Part shown: piece after piece, positions 29,038 to 39,092 of the stretch
Position numbering within the stretch: position 1 is the stretch's first letter
How the letters are laid out: every line of letters starts with the position of its first letter
DNA from: an uncultured Clostridia bacterium
GTDB taxonomy: Bacteria > Bacillota > Clostridia > Oscillospirales > Ruminococcaceae
DNA: 64,000 nucleotides
Reading direction: 5' to 3'
Assembly: GCA_944382885.1 (NCBI GenBank)
Contig: CALWNT010000012.1
Location: 10,784 to 74,783, forward strand
Position numbers and translations under genes: made by a program
Notes under the pieces: model-generated
Databases searched by the model: none
The model's input: only the letters and a program-made list of their open reading frames with translations
What the model was told of the DNA's origin: nothing

Positions 29038-29080
29038 TGGATACGAGACGCACTGCTGCTTTCATTGATTTTAGAAGTAT

Positions 29081-29119
29081 AAAAGTCCCTGCCATCCATA
29101 GATGGTAGGGACTTTTGCT
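29081..29119 (+). terminator. intrinsic terminator between convergent genes
   Basis: aaaagtccctgccatc / gatggtagggactttt stem with one G-U on the + strand, followed by ttttg. Confidence 0.65.
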
Positions 29120-29131
29120 GTGTGTTAGGAT

Positions 29132-29740
29132 TTATTCTCCTTCTATTTTCAGGGAACGCATTTCCTCTTCGCTGGTATGAAATTGTTTGCCGTAATTTTT
29201 CCAATATTGTGCAGAAGCCTTGAGAAATAGCTGTTTACTTAGAGGCATAGCGGTAGTAAGAGTTTCGCTTTTTCCAGCAAGGATTCCCTTGACAAATTTT
29301 TTCATCTTCCGTCTGACAAGAAATGCAAAAGGCGTTGCTAGGATAGCCTCGCCTGTAGCAATCCCCAGAGCCATACCGAAGACAAGATGATTTTTTTTGC
29401 AGAAATAACGGAGGATAGACAAGGCAACTTCATTTTGTTTCGGCTCTAAAAATCCGCAGTTTATTATAACATGAATTTTAACCGATTTGGCTAGAGGAAC
29501 TGTTTCCAATTCTTTTAAAAACGACAAAAGAACCGCCGGGACGGCATCTGTATATAAGGGAAATACAAACAAGAGATGTTCATACTGTTGAATATGAGAA
29601 AAAAGTGCGTGAGATTTTTGGGATACAGCGGAGTAGGTATCGGCTTTTTCCGGCCAGAAGGACTGAAAGATTTCAGCATATTTTTTAGAATTGGATTTTT
29701 CGGCCCGGGGGCTGCCATTGACAATCAGCAATTTTCCCAT
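29132..29740 (-). CDS. NAD(P)H-dependent oxidoreductase, flavodoxin-like fold
   Basis: ORF trimmed to ATG 29740, behind GGAGGTGG. The N-terminus KLLIVNGSPRAEKSNS is typical of FMN-reductase-like proteins. Confidence 0.6.
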   Translation of the reverse strand: MGKLLIVNGSPRAEKSNSKKYAEIFQSFWPEKADTYSAVSQKSHALFSHIQQYEHLLFVFPLYTDAVPAVLLSFLKELETVPLAKSVKIHVIINCGFLEPKQNEVALSILRYFCKKNHLVFGMALGIATGEAILATPFAFLVRRKMKKFVKGILAGKSETLTTAMPLSKQLFLKASAQYWKNYGKQFHTSEEEMRSLKIEGE

Positions 29741-30246
29741 GCGTCCACCTCCGCCCGTATGGTTTGTTCTAAGTGTTCCTCTGAAACAAAAGATATGCTC
29801 CAATCTGAGAATAGCATGTTATGGGAATTGCGTTCCACCAGCTTTTTGAAAATTTCCCGCTCTTGTTTCGGAATTTCCCCATAAGCGATGATAACAGCCT
29901 TTTTTTCCACTACGTTTCTCTGAACGTGATGAGTTTCCCCATGATGCAGCCGGATAAAGGCCTGTTGCATCGGGATCGCTCGTTCCATCATGCGTTTCAT
30001 AGGTTCGTCATAACAACCGCAGTACAGCCTGCTGACATAAATGAGATTTTTGCTGCGGGCGATAAGCGGGTAAACCTTAACGGCATCATCCCGCAGTACA
30101 CATTTGCCTGGAGTTTTAACCCAACACCCAAAGCAGCCTAAACAATTTTTGATCTGCAACTGTGTAAGGTCGATATAGTGGTTCTCTTCTTTCTGGGGCA
30201 GGTCTTTTGGAAAAGAGTGATCGGATAATAATAGGTTCAAGATCAT
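29725..30246 (-). CDS. flavodoxin-family protein (iron-sulfur flavoprotein-like)
   Basis: CLGCFGCWVKTPGKC Cys motif in a flavodoxin-like context. The start overlaps the trxB stop. Confidence 0.55.
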   Translation of the reverse strand: MILNLLLSDHSFPKDLPQKEENHYIDLTQLQIKNCLGCFGCWVKTPGKCVLRDDAVKVYPLIARSKNLIYVSRLYCGCYDEPMKRMMERAIPMQQAFIRLHHGETHHVQRNVVEKKAVIIAYGEIPKQEREIFKKLVERNSHNMLFSDWSISFVSEEHLEQTIRAEVDAWENC

Positions 30247-31169
30247 TTCTCCTTTTCGTTTCTGCTGTCGAGATATTCCCTGGCCATTTCAGCGCTGACG
30301 GCTCCGTCCGCCGCTGCGGTAATGAGTTGGCGCAAGGGCTTTCTTCTGGCGTCTCCAGCGACAAAAACGCCTGGGAGGTTGGTTTTGCAGTCCTCTTCAG
30401 CATCAAAATAGCCGTTTTCATCAACTGCGATACTGTCCCGGAACAACTCGGTCTGAGGATTCAGCCCTACGGCTACAAATACACCATTGACTGGTAAAAT
30501 GGATTCTGTGCCGTTTTTCACGTTTTTGATCTTTAGGGAAGATACTGTTTGTTCTCCCTGAATTTCTTCCACTACGCTGTCGTAGACCGGCATAATATTA
30601 TCCCGGGAAAGGGCGTCTTCCACTTCGATTTGAGCTGCGCGGAACTGATCTCTCCGGTGAATGAGGTAGACACGGCTGCAATATCGGGAGAGATATTTGG
30701 CATCCTGCAAAGCGGTATTTCCGCCGCCGACTACTGCGACCTCTTTTCCTTTGAAGAAAGCGCCGTCGCAGGTGGCACAGTAGGAGACCCCTTTTCCCTG
30801 AAAGGTTTCCTCCCCTGCGCATCCGATTTTTTTATGCTTGGCGCCGGAAGCGATGATAACGGTTTTGGACTCGTAGGTCTGATCTCCGATTGTAATTTTT
30901 TTCACATCGCCCTGAAAATCAAAAGAGGTCAGGGTGCCAAACACAAATTCAGTCTGAAAGGCTTCTACAGCCTGCTGATAGAGATTTTGGACAAAATCAA
31001 ATCCAGATACGCCTGGAAGGGCCGGATAGTTTTCGATTTCCGGCGTATTGATAATCTGGCCGCCATAAAGCTCCTGTTCCACGATCAGCGTGCTGAGCCC
31101 TGCCCGGTTGGTGTAAAGGGCAGCGGTCATGCCGGCAGTACCAGCACCTAAAATAATAACGTCATACAT
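30243..31169 (-). CDS. trxB: thioredoxin-disulfide reductase
   Basis: Redox-active CATCDG, FAD motif IILGAGTAGMTAA and NADPH motif VVGGGNTA. Confidence 0.92.
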   Translation of the reverse strand: MYDVIILGAGTAGMTAALYTNRAGLSTLIVEQELYGGQIINTPEIENYPALPGVSGFDFVQNLYQQAVEAFQTEFVFGTLTSFDFQGDVKKITIGDQTYESKTVIIASGAKHKKIGCAGEETFQGKGVSYCATCDGAFFKGKEVAVVGGGNTALQDAKYLSRYCSRVYLIHRRDQFRAAQIEVEDALSRDNIMPVYDSVVEEIQGEQTVSSLKIKNVKNGTESILPVNGVFVAVGLNPQTELFRDSIAVDENGYFDAEEDCKTNLPGVFVAGDARRKPLRQLITAAADGAVSAEMAREYLDSRNEKEK

Positions 31170-31425
31170 AAGTATTCCTCACTTTCAATTTTGGGGTATA
31201 GAAAGGGATCGTTTTGTTTTCCTTACAGTAGATGCGAAAATTAAGTCTCCCGCCGGGATATCGTAAGACCATTTTGGAAAACTGCCTCTGTTGTTTGAAA
31301 GACAGAAGCTTATGAAGTTTGATGTTATTATTTTACCATAAATTACGGAGAAAATCAGTGACTAAGTACCATTTCTTTGAACTGAAAATGATGGGAAAAA
31401 GAAAGCAGATTAAGAAAATATTCAT

Positions 31426-31454
31426 TTTACATTTAGAAACCGATTTGTTATAAT
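31426..31454 (+). promoter_or_regulatory. extended -10 promoter candidate
   Basis: TTTACA (31426-31431), 17-nt spacer, TGtTATAAT (31446-31454). Confidence 0.5.
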
Positions 31455-31516
31455 AGAATCGATTCAGACAGTGTAGAGAAGACATTTTGAAGGATACTCG
31501 AAGGGGGTCGAAAGAA

Positions 31517-32521
31517 ATGTTATGTGAAAAATGTGGTCAGGAATATGACGGAAATGAATGTCCTAACTGCGCCTTTGAGAAACAGTCTCAGCAAGGAACT
31601 TTAAATAACCGGACTGATAGCGGTGTATCGCCGATGTCGGCTCAGGAACAGATGGACAATAACAGCACTCCGGTGACAAGCGGAGTGCACAGTGATACAA
31701 TTTATCAGCCTATTGGAGGTCACACTCCTACACCGGGCGGATATCTTCCGTCTTCTGAGCCTAAACAGAATCATTGCCGGTTTTGCGGCGCCGTTTTACG
31801 GGAGGGCGCTCAATTTTGCGGACAGTGCGGCGAAAAGGTGGTGCTCAATATTCAGTCAGAAGTCTCTTCCGATGGTTGGCATCAAAACGGGCCGAGCGGA
31901 GAAAGACGAGCTCAGGTTTGCCCTTCCTGTGGTGCGGTGATTGTAGACGGCGGACAGTTTTGCGCTCAGTGCGGAACGCCGGTGAACCCGGTGGGAGTTC
32001 CTCCCATGCAGAATCCGGTGATGGGCAGCGGAAACAGCTTTACCGACAATTATCTCTATGCGCTGCGCAACGATACTACGGGTGAATATCATAAGAAGGC
32101 AAAACCATGGATCGTGGTAGTGGTCATTATAGGTTTTCTGCTGCTGCAGATTCTGCCGCTGGTAATTGGTTTGATTTCTTTCGATCAGATGATAGAAGAA
32201 TCTTCCTATCGAAATTACTATTACTATCAGTATGATGGGAACGCTTCCCCGGAAGAGGATTCCGATTATGGGTACAGTGATACCAGAACTTCCGTTCTGC
32301 CAAACGGCGTGTCCGCAGAGGAATATGAGCAATTGGAACTTGGGATGAGCTATGGAGAAATCAGTTATCTGATTGGCGGAGACGCCATGCAGCAGAGCCA
32401 AATGGAAGACGGCTCGGTAATGGCTGTTTGGCCGGGAGAGTATGACGTAACTGCAACGGTATCTATTCTGTTTGAGGATGGAGTTGCTGTGGAAATTTCG
32501 GAGGATGGATTGTTGTCCTAG
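31517..32521 (+). CDS. zinc-ribbon membrane protein with extracytoplasmic C-terminal domain
   Basis: ORF trimmed to ATG 31517, behind AAGGGGG. Three CxxC...CxxC ribbons, one TM helix and a small C-terminal domain. Confidence 0.55.
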   Translation: MLCEKCGQEYDGNECPNCAFEKQSQQGTLNNRTDSGVSPMSAQEQMDNNSTPVTSGVHSDTIYQPIGGHTPTPGGYLPSSEPKQNHCRFCGAVLREGAQFCGQCGEKVVLNIQSEVSSDGWHQNGPSGERRAQVCPSCGAVIVDGGQFCAQCGTPVNPVGVPPMQNPVMGSGNSFTDNYLYALRNDTTGEYHKKAKPWIVVVVIIGFLLLQILPLVIGLISFDQMIEESSYRNYYYYQYDGNASPEEDSDYGYSDTRTSVLPNGVSAEEYEQLELGMSYGEISYLIGGDAMQQSQMEDGSVMAVWPGEYDVTATVSILFEDGVAVEISEDGLLS

Positions 32522-32541
32522 TCCAGAAGGAGACCGATAAA

Positions 32542-33816
32542 ATGAAAAAGGGGCATTTTTTGCCGGCGGATATCCTGCTTCCTCAGTCTCAGGTGGATTT
32601 GACCCGGTTTGCCGTAGTGGCCTGCGATCAGTACACCGCTCAGCCGGATTACTGGAAACGGGTGGAGGAACGGACCAAAGGGGCGATATCCGCTTATCAT
32701 ATGATTTTTCCGGAGCTTTATTTGGCAGATCTGCAAAAAGATGCCAAAAAGTTTGAACAGAAGGTTGCTTCCATCAATGATACGATGGAGGAGTATTTGG
32801 AACACAATATCTTTTGCCGACTGGCAGACAGTATGGTTTATACAGAACGGACGCTGGCAAATGGAAGGGTTCGAAAAGGCTTGATCGGCCGGATTGATTT
32901 GGAGGAATATGATTATCTTCCGGAGAAGAAGAATTATATCCGGGCAACAGAGGGGACCATTTTAGAGCGTATCCCTGTACGGGTACAGATCAGGCAGAAA
33001 GCGCCGATGGAACTGCCCCATATTATGCTTTTGGCTGATGATCGCAAAAGACCTTTGCTGGCTCATTTTTCACAGCAGAAGGATGCGTTTCAGCCTCTGT
33101 ATGATTTTGAGTTGATGGAAAACGGCGGACATCTGAGGGGATGGAGTGTGACAAAAGAAGCGGCAGACATCTTCTTAGAATCTTTAGCTGATTTGGAGCG
33201 CATGCAAAGGGAACAGTCGGGGGAAGAACGCCCGATGCTCTTTGCGGTGGGAGACGGAAACCACTCGTTAGCGGCGGCAAAAACCTGTTACGAAGCGTTA
33301 AAAAGCCAAATTGGAGCGGAAAGAGCAAAGACTCATCCGGCCCGGTATGCTCTGACGGAGCTTGTCAGCCTTTATGACGATTCTTTGGAGTTTGAAGGGA
33401 TTCATCGGATTGTTTATACCGGCGGGGAAGAATTGTGGAAAGAACTGGAGCGGGAATTGAATCCAGTTCCTGTAGATACCGCAGAGGATTCGCAGATTTT
33501 TTATTTTGTAGTCAAGGGTAAAAAGCGAGCTTACCGTATCACAACGCCGACTCATCGCCTGGCGGTAGGATCTATTCAGAATTTTTTAGACGGGTATTTG
33601 CAACGGCATCCCTGTGAACTGGATTATGTCCACGGAGAAGATGTCGTGGAGGAGTTGACCCGAAGAGAAAATGTGGTAGGCTTTTTACTTCCTGCTTTGG
33701 AGAAGGAGGAACTGTTTCCGGCAGTTATGGCGGAAGGCGCTCTTCCGAGAAAGACCTTTTCGATGGGGGAGGCGCAGGATAAACGGTTCTATCTGGAAGG
33801 CAGAATCATTAAATAA
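32542..33816 (+). CDS. DUF1015 domain-containing protein
   Basis: 424 aa. The overall layout and the FAVGDGNHSLAAAK segment resemble the DUF1015 signature. Confidence 0.6.
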   Translation: MKKGHFLPADILLPQSQVDLTRFAVVACDQYTAQPDYWKRVEERTKGAISAYHMIFPELYLADLQKDAKKFEQKVASINDTMEEYLEHNIFCRLADSMVYTERTLANGRVRKGLIGRIDLEEYDYLPEKKNYIRATEGTILERIPVRVQIRQKAPMELPHIMLLADDRKRPLLAHFSQQKDAFQPLYDFELMENGGHLRGWSVTKEAADIFLESLADLERMQREQSGEERPMLFAVGDGNHSLAAAKTCYEALKSQIGAERAKTHPARYALTELVSLYDDSLEFEGIHRIVYTGGEELWKELERELNPVPVDTAEDSQIFYFVVKGKKRAYRITTPTHRLAVGSIQNFLDGYLQRHPCELDYVHGEDVVEELTRRENVVGFLLPALEKEELFPAVMAEGALPRKTFSMGEAQDKRFYLEGRIIK

Positions 33817-33962
33817 AAGGTGAAAAAACAGGCGGAGTTTTTTCTGAGGCGCGGCAACGAAGTATAGGTGAATCAGTCAGAGCATTGTACATCGTGTGAT
33901 AATTGCTTTGAGATAATTGGCATCATCGCAATCATAACATGCAATATAATTGAGGTGTGTCT

Positions 33963-34991
33963 ATGAGAATAATAGTTTTGGCAGGTGGGTTAAGTCCTGA
34001 AAGAGATGTTTCTCTTGCATCAGGTTCATTGATAGCGAATGCTTTGATAGAAAACGGCCATGATGTTATGTTGCTGGATTTATTCCTTGGCAAGGACAAC
34101 AAAGAGATTTTACCAATATACAGAAATAAGAACTCAAAAGATAGATTTCACTATATCGTTCCGGAGAGAGAGCCAGATTTAGCGGCGATCCAATCTTCAG
34201 TAATTTCTGATAGTGATTTTATTGGAAATGGAGTTATTGATTTGTGCAAAGATGCTGATATCGTTTTCATGGGGTTGCACGGTTCCGTTGGTGAAAATGG
34301 ACAGTTACAGGCAATCTTTGATTTGTATGGAATCAAATACACCGGAACGAAATATATTGGAAGTCTTTTAGCAATGGATAAAGATATTTCCAAAAAACTG
34401 ATGCGAGAAAACGGTATTTTAACTGCTGATTGGCGGTATATCAACTTAAATGATCATAATGATTTCAGCACCATAAAGTATCCTTGTGTTGTAAAACCCT
34501 GTAGTTGTGGATCAAGTGTAGGCGTTACCATAGTAGAAAATAGAGAACAGCTTCATACTGCAATTGATTATGCCAAACAATATGAAGAAGCTGTTATTAT
34601 TGAAAATAAAATAGAAGGAAGAGAATTTTCGGTGGGAATATTAAATGGTAAAGCTCTTCCAGTGATAGAAATTAAGCCATTATGCGGATTTTATGACTAT
34701 AAGAATAAGTATCAAAAAGGTCTAACGGAAGAAATTTGTCCAGCAGATATTTCTGACGAGATGAGCCAATTGCTCCAAAAGAATGCTTTGGCAGTTCACA
34801 ACACACTGCGATTGGGATTTTATTCAAGAATTGACTTTATTTTAGATGATAATAACGATGCTTATTGTTTAGAAGCAAATACTTTGCCTGGAATGATACC
34901 TACAAGTTTGCTGCCTCAAGAAGCTTTGGCAGCGGGAATTTCCTACAATGAACTTTGTGATATTATTGTAAGAGGCAACATTGCCGAATGA
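33963..34991 (+). CDS. ddl: D-alanine--D-alanine ligase
   Basis: ATG 33963, behind TGAGGTG. The sequence IIVLAGGLSPERDVSLASG...HGSVGENGQLQ...FYDYKNKYQ is typical of Ddl (ATP-grasp). Confidence 0.88.
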   Translation: MRIIVLAGGLSPERDVSLASGSLIANALIENGHDVMLLDLFLGKDNKEILPIYRNKNSKDRFHYIVPEREPDLAAIQSSVISDSDFIGNGVIDLCKDADIVFMGLHGSVGENGQLQAIFDLYGIKYTGTKYIGSLLAMDKDISKKLMRENGILTADWRYINLNDHNDFSTIKYPCVVKPCSCGSSVGVTIVENREQLHTAIDYAKQYEEAVIIENKIEGREFSVGILNGKALPVIEIKPLCGFYDYKNKYQKGLTEEICPADISDEMSQLLQKNALAVHNTLRLGFYSRIDFILDDNNDAYCLEANTLPGMIPTSLLPQEALAAGISYNELCDIIVRGNIAE

Positions 34992-35068
34992 GTCTAACTT
35001 GGCCCACGGGATACCTTTACGAACCGTACGAAAGTGTTATAGTGGAGAGGGTAGATGTTAGCAAGAAT

Positions 35069-35104
35069 AAAGGTACAGCCTGTTGACTGTACCTTTATTT
35101 TTTA
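35069..35104. terminator. bidirectional terminator after ddl
   Basis: aaaggtacag / ctgtaccttt stem flanked by an A-run and a T-run. Confidence 0.65.
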
Positions 35105-35466
35105 TCTTCGTTATGGAGCCTCGTCATGAAAATCGACTGATGAGAAACTGGTGGAGCTCTCATCGAGATAAGAGCCAGTTTAGGTCTATCGCTAAGGCAA
35201 TCGATTTCTTTTTTCCTTCGCAGTTTCACTGAAAACTTTAACAATTCTATTTTTTCTCCAGTGAGGACGGCTCTTTTTGTAACATGGAAACAGCAGGGAA
35301 TACTGAATAAAGTAACACAGCGCAGCAGTTGCGCAAAAAAGCTGAAGCAGTTTACCAAAACTCCAGTCCCGCAGCAGCAGATGTAAGATCCCAGCACAGA
35401 GTGGGAGAAGGGAAGAAAAGCGCAGGATATTTCTGTTTGGCTTTTCTGCGGAGGGGATATGCACAC
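35095..35466 (-). CDS. hypothetical Cys-rich small membrane protein (doubtful)
   Basis: GTG 35466 lies 6 nt after AAAGGAG. The hydrophobic Cys-rich N-half and basic C-half have no recognisable family. Composition is atypical. Confidence 0.25.
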   Translation of the reverse strand: MCISPPQKSQTEISCAFLPFSHSVLGSYICCCGTGVLVNCFSFFAQLLRCVTLFSIPCCFHVTKRAVLTGEKIELLKFSVKLRRKKEIDCLSDRPKLALISMRAPPVSHQSIFMTRLHNEDKK

Positions 35467-35676
35467 GATAGACTCCTTTCGTTTTGGGATAATATATCCG
35501 TTTGGGAATATCAAAAGTTAGTAAAAAACGAGAATTGTCACGGAAAAGGAAATTTCCGTTTCAACTGATTTCTCCTAACCTTATCATATCAGAAATTTTT
35601 GGCTTGTCAACTATTAGAATATTTAATCAACCAAATCAACATAATAATTGAGTACAATTAAAATAGGGGTATTGAA

Positions 35677-35961
35677 ATGGTTGATTTTGGTATGAAACTG
35701 AAAACATTGAGATTGCAGAATCGTTTTACCCAAGCGGATATTGCACAGAAACTTGGAGTGACAAAATCGGTTATTTCCGCTTATGAAACAGGTCTGCGTC
35801 TGCCTTCCTACGATATTTTGATTCAGATTGCCAAATTATTCAAGGTGACGACTGATTACCTGTTGGGCGTAGAAGTCAAACAGGAGATGGACTTGTCCGG
35901 GCTGACGGAGGAAGAGATCCGAGCGTTAAAGGCTCTGATCGCCGCAATGAAAAAGAAGTAG
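35677..35961 (+). CDS. XRE-family helix-turn-helix transcriptional regulator
   Basis: HTH FTQADIAQKLGVTKSVISAYETG. 94 aa. Confidence 0.8.
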   Translation: MVDFGMKLKTLRLQNRFTQADIAQKLGVTKSVISAYETGLRLPSYDILIQIAKLFKVTTDYLLGVEVKQEMDLSGLTEEEIRALKALIAAMKKK

Positions 35962-35994
35962 AGGAGTTTCAGCATTCGCTGGAACTCCTCTTTT
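35961..35994 (+). terminator. intrinsic terminator
   Basis: gaggagtttcag / ctggaactcctc 12-bp stem (one G-U), followed by TTTT. Confidence 0.7.
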
Positions 35995-36173
35995 CAACAA
36001 GATATACCGGACAAAATCGGAAAATCGGAGAGAAAAGGATGAAAATCCCTTTTCGGCTTGTAATTTTTTCCTCGATTTGATATGATTAAAAAAACACTTT
36101 GTCAAAAGCGGAGAAGGTATGAGACCTGTCCCCGATTTTGGCGTTTAGAATTTGATGAAAAAGGCGGAAAAAG

Positions 36174-36680
36174 ATGAAACAGCTGAATCTTGTTCTGGTA
36201 GAACCTCAGATTCCTCAGAATACGGGGAATATCGCCCGTACCTGCGCGGCGACAGGCGCTCGGCTTCACATTGTAAAGCCGATGGGGTTTACTATAGATG
36301 ATAAAAAATTAAAACGGGCAGGGCTGGATTACTGGCATCTGCTGGACATTACCTACTACGACAATTTAGAGGACTTTTTCAGCAAAAATGAAGGCCCTTT
36401 TTATTATTTTACCACGAAAGGTCAGCATATCTATTCTGACGTGGAATATCCGGATAAAATCTATCTGGTTTTTGGAAGGGAAGACGCAGGCTTGAATGAA
36501 AAACTTTTGTTTGAACATCCTCAAAGCTGTGTCCGCGTGCCGATGATTGGAGAGGCACGAAGTCTGAACCTTTCCAACACGGTGGCTTTGGCGGCATATG
36601 AGGTGCTCCGTCAGTGGAATTTTCCTGAGTTGTTGACAAAGGGAGAACTGACAAAATTCCATTGGGAAGACGCGCTTTGA
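36174..36680 (+). CDS. trmL: tRNA (cytidine/uridine(34)-2'-O)-methyltransferase TrmL (SpoU/TrmH family)
   Basis: LVEPQIPQNTGNIARTCAATG, LVFGREDAGL and ARSLNLSNTVA are collinear with E. coli TrmL (YibK). Confidence 0.85.
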   Translation: MKQLNLVLVEPQIPQNTGNIARTCAATGARLHIVKPMGFTIDDKKLKRAGLDYWHLLDITYYDNLEDFFSKNEGPFYYFTTKGQHIYSDVEYPDKIYLVFGREDAGLNEKLLFEHPQSCVRVPMIGEARSLNLSNTVALAAYEVLRQWNFPELLTKGELTKFHWEDAL

Positions 36681-36702
36681 TTTTTTAGCGACAGAAGAAA
36701 GG

Positions 36703-37587
36703 ATGATTATGATGTTATCTACCAAATTGCTTACGGATTCAGGTTCTGACATTTCACAAAGTGCAGTTGAGGAATACGGAATTGACGTGTTTAAATTCCC
36801 GGTTATTATTGGGGGCAAAGAATATGAGAGCGGAGTGGATTTTACCAATCAGGAATTTTATGAAATCCTGATGAAAGAACCGAAAATTCCGACCCACGCT
36901 CAAATTACCATGATTCAGTTTTCGGAAAAATTTGAGGAAGTATGGCAGGCGGGATATGAAAACTTGATTTATGTGTCAATCAATAAAAACGGCTCCGCGA
37001 CCTATAGCAACGCAGTACAGGCTCGTGAGGAATTTTACGAAAATCATCCGGAAGCGAGGGATTCTTTCGGCATTTATGTAGTAGATTCCAAAACTTACTC
37101 CATCGCTTACGGTTATGCCGTAACGGAAGCCGCGAAAAAATTGCGGCGTGGGGCCGGCGTCACGGAGGTCGTGGCCTATTTGGAGGACTGGTTTGACAGC
37201 AATGAGATTTATTTCGCTCCCTATACCCTGGAGTTTGTGAAAAAGTCCGGCCGGGTAAGCTGTGCGGCAGCCTTTGTGGGAGAACTTTTGGGGCTTAGAC
37301 CGATCATCAGTTTTATCGACGGAGAGGTTTCCATTCAAAGTAAGGTGCGGGGAGACAAAGCGATCATCCCAGCGCTTCTGAAATACGCCAAGGAGCGGAT
37401 GATCCCGAAAACGCCGTATATCATTATTCGGGGCTCGCTGGAGGAGGAAGCCCAGAAGCTTGCCAAAGAAGCGGAAAAACTTTTTGGCTATCCCCCGGAA
37501 GAAATCTGTGAAGCAGGTCCGGTCATCGCCATTAACGCGGGTCCGAAACTGACAGCGATTGTCATTAAGGGGCAAAAGAAGCATTAA
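36703..37587 (+). CDS. DegV family fatty-acid-binding protein
   Basis: The LLTDSGSDIS N-terminus and a length of about 290 aa are typical of DegV. Alternative ATGs at 36709 and 36712. Confidence 0.8.
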   Translation: MIMMLSTKLLTDSGSDISQSAVEEYGIDVFKFPVIIGGKEYESGVDFTNQEFYEILMKEPKIPTHAQITMIQFSEKFEEVWQAGYENLIYVSINKNGSATYSNAVQAREEFYENHPEARDSFGIYVVDSKTYSIAYGYAVTEAAKKLRRGAGVTEVVAYLEDWFDSNEIYFAPYTLEFVKKSGRVSCAAAFVGELLGLRPIISFIDGEVSIQSKVRGDKAIIPALLKYAKERMIPKTPYIIIRGSLEEEAQKLAKEAEKLFGYPPEEICEAGPVIAINAGPKLTAIVIKGQKKH

Positions 37588-37631
37588 AGGGAAAAAACTA
37601 TGTAAAACGGATTATTTTTGCACGGAACCAC

Positions 37632-37660
37632 TTGCAAAATCATCCGTTTTAGTATAGAAT
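37632..37660 (+). promoter_or_regulatory. promoter candidate of pgk-tpiA-gpmI
   Basis: TTGCAA (37632-37637), 17-nt spacer, TAGAAT (37655-37660). Confidence 0.45.
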
Positions 37661-37787
37661 AAATATGTAAAATTGTTTTTCGTTTCACAAAGTTTTGGAA
37701 CAGAAAGGCAATGCAGGGCAGGCGGCTAAGTCAGCGTCTGTCTGAGAATTTTTAAAATTCTTGAGAATCTCTGAAAGGATGAACAAA

Positions 37788-38978
37788 ATGGCTGCATTAA
37801 ACAAAAAATCTATTGAGGATATTGATGTTTCCGGCAAAACCGTGCTGGCTCGCTGTGACTTTAACGTTCCGCTCAAAGATGGCGTAATCACCAACGATAA
37901 GAGAATCGTTGCCGCTCTTCCGACCATCAAATATCTGATCGATCACAACGCGAAAGTGATTCTTTGCTCTCACTTGGGCCGCCCGAAAGGGGAATTCAAA
38001 CCGGAATTCTCTCTGGCGCCTGTTGCAAAGAGACTGTCTGAGCTGCTTGGCAAGGAAGTGGTAATGGCAAAAGACGTTATCGGTGAAGATGCGAAAGCAA
38101 AAGCCAAAGCGTTAAAAGACGGCGATGTAATGCTTCTGGAAAATGTTCGTTATCATAAAGAAGAAACTGCAAATGATCCTGAATTTGCAAAAGAATTGGC
38201 TTCTATGGCTGACATTTATGTCAACGACGCATTCGGCGCCTGCCACAGAGCTCATGCTTCTACCGCTGGTGTTGCGGCTTATCTGCCGGCAGTCTGCGGT
38301 TACCTGATGCAGAAAGAGATCGCTTTCATCGGCGGTACTCTGGAAGATCCCAAGAGACCTTTCGTTGCTATTTTAGGCGGTGCGAAGGTTTCCGATAAGA
38401 TCGGCGTTATCACCAATCTGCTGGACAAAGTTGACACTCTGATTGTCGGCGGTGGTATGGCATATACCTTCATGAAAGCAAAAGGCTACAATATCGGTAC
38501 TTCTATCTGCGAAGACGACAAAGTAGAGCTTGCTGATTCCATCATGAAAAAAGCTGCAGAAAAAGGCGTAAAATTCCTGATCCCTGTGGACAACAGAATT
38601 GCTGACAAATTTGCAGAAGATGCAAACTATCAGGACATTAACTCCGATTCTATTCCGGACGGCTGGATGGGTATGGATATCGGTCCGAAAACCATCGAAA
38701 TGTTCTGCAATGCAGTAAAAGACGCAAAAACAGTAATCTGGAACGGTCCTATGGGCGTATTTGAATTTGATAACTTTGCAAACGGTACTCTGGCAGTAGC
38801 GAAAGCGGTTGCTGATTCCGATGCGATTTCCGTGATCGGCGGCGGTGACTCTGTTGCAGCTGTTACGAAATTGGGCTTTGCAGACAAGATGAGCCATATT
38901 TCCACAGGCGGCGGCGCTTCTCTGGAATATATGGAAGGTAAAGTGTTGCCGGGTATTGCTTGCTTAAATGAAAAATAA
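37788..38978 (+). CDS. pgk: phosphoglycerate kinase
   Basis: ORF trimmed to ATG 37788 ([28 protein letters not shown]). The sequence is a canonical Pgk throughout. Confidence 0.95.
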   Translation: MAALNKKSIEDIDVSGKTVLARCDFNVPLKDGVITNDKRIVAALPTIKYLIDHNAKVILCSHLGRPKGEFKPEFSLAPVAKRLSELLGKEVVMAKDVIGEDAKAKAKALKDGDVMLLENVRYHKEETANDPEFAKELASMADIYVNDAFGACHRAHASTAGVAAYLPAVCGYLMQKEIAFIGGTLEDPKRPFVAILGGAKVSDKIGVITNLLDKVDTLIVGGGMAYTFMKAKGYNIGTSICEDDKVELADSIMKKAAEKGVKFLIPVDNRIADKFAEDANYQDINSDSIPDGWMGMDIGPKTIEMFCNAVKDAKTVIWNGPMGVFEFDNFANGTLAVAKAVADSDAISVIGGGDSVAAVTKLGFADKMSHISTGGGASLEYMEGKVLPGIACLNEK

Positions 38979-39025
38979 GTTCACGGTATTGTGAAGTATC
39001 CCGGAAAACGCAATGATTTGAACTG

Positions 39026-39060
39026 ATCGGGGCGGGTAATAGGCCCGCCCCGATTTTCTT
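39026..39060 (+). terminator. GC-rich hairpin plus T-tract between pgk and tpiA (internal terminator/attenuator)
   Basis: atcggggcggg / cccgccccgat 11-bp stem, followed by tttcttt. Confidence 0.6.
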
Positions 39061-39092
39061 TAAAAATAAAAACAGAGAAAGAGGTCTATCCC

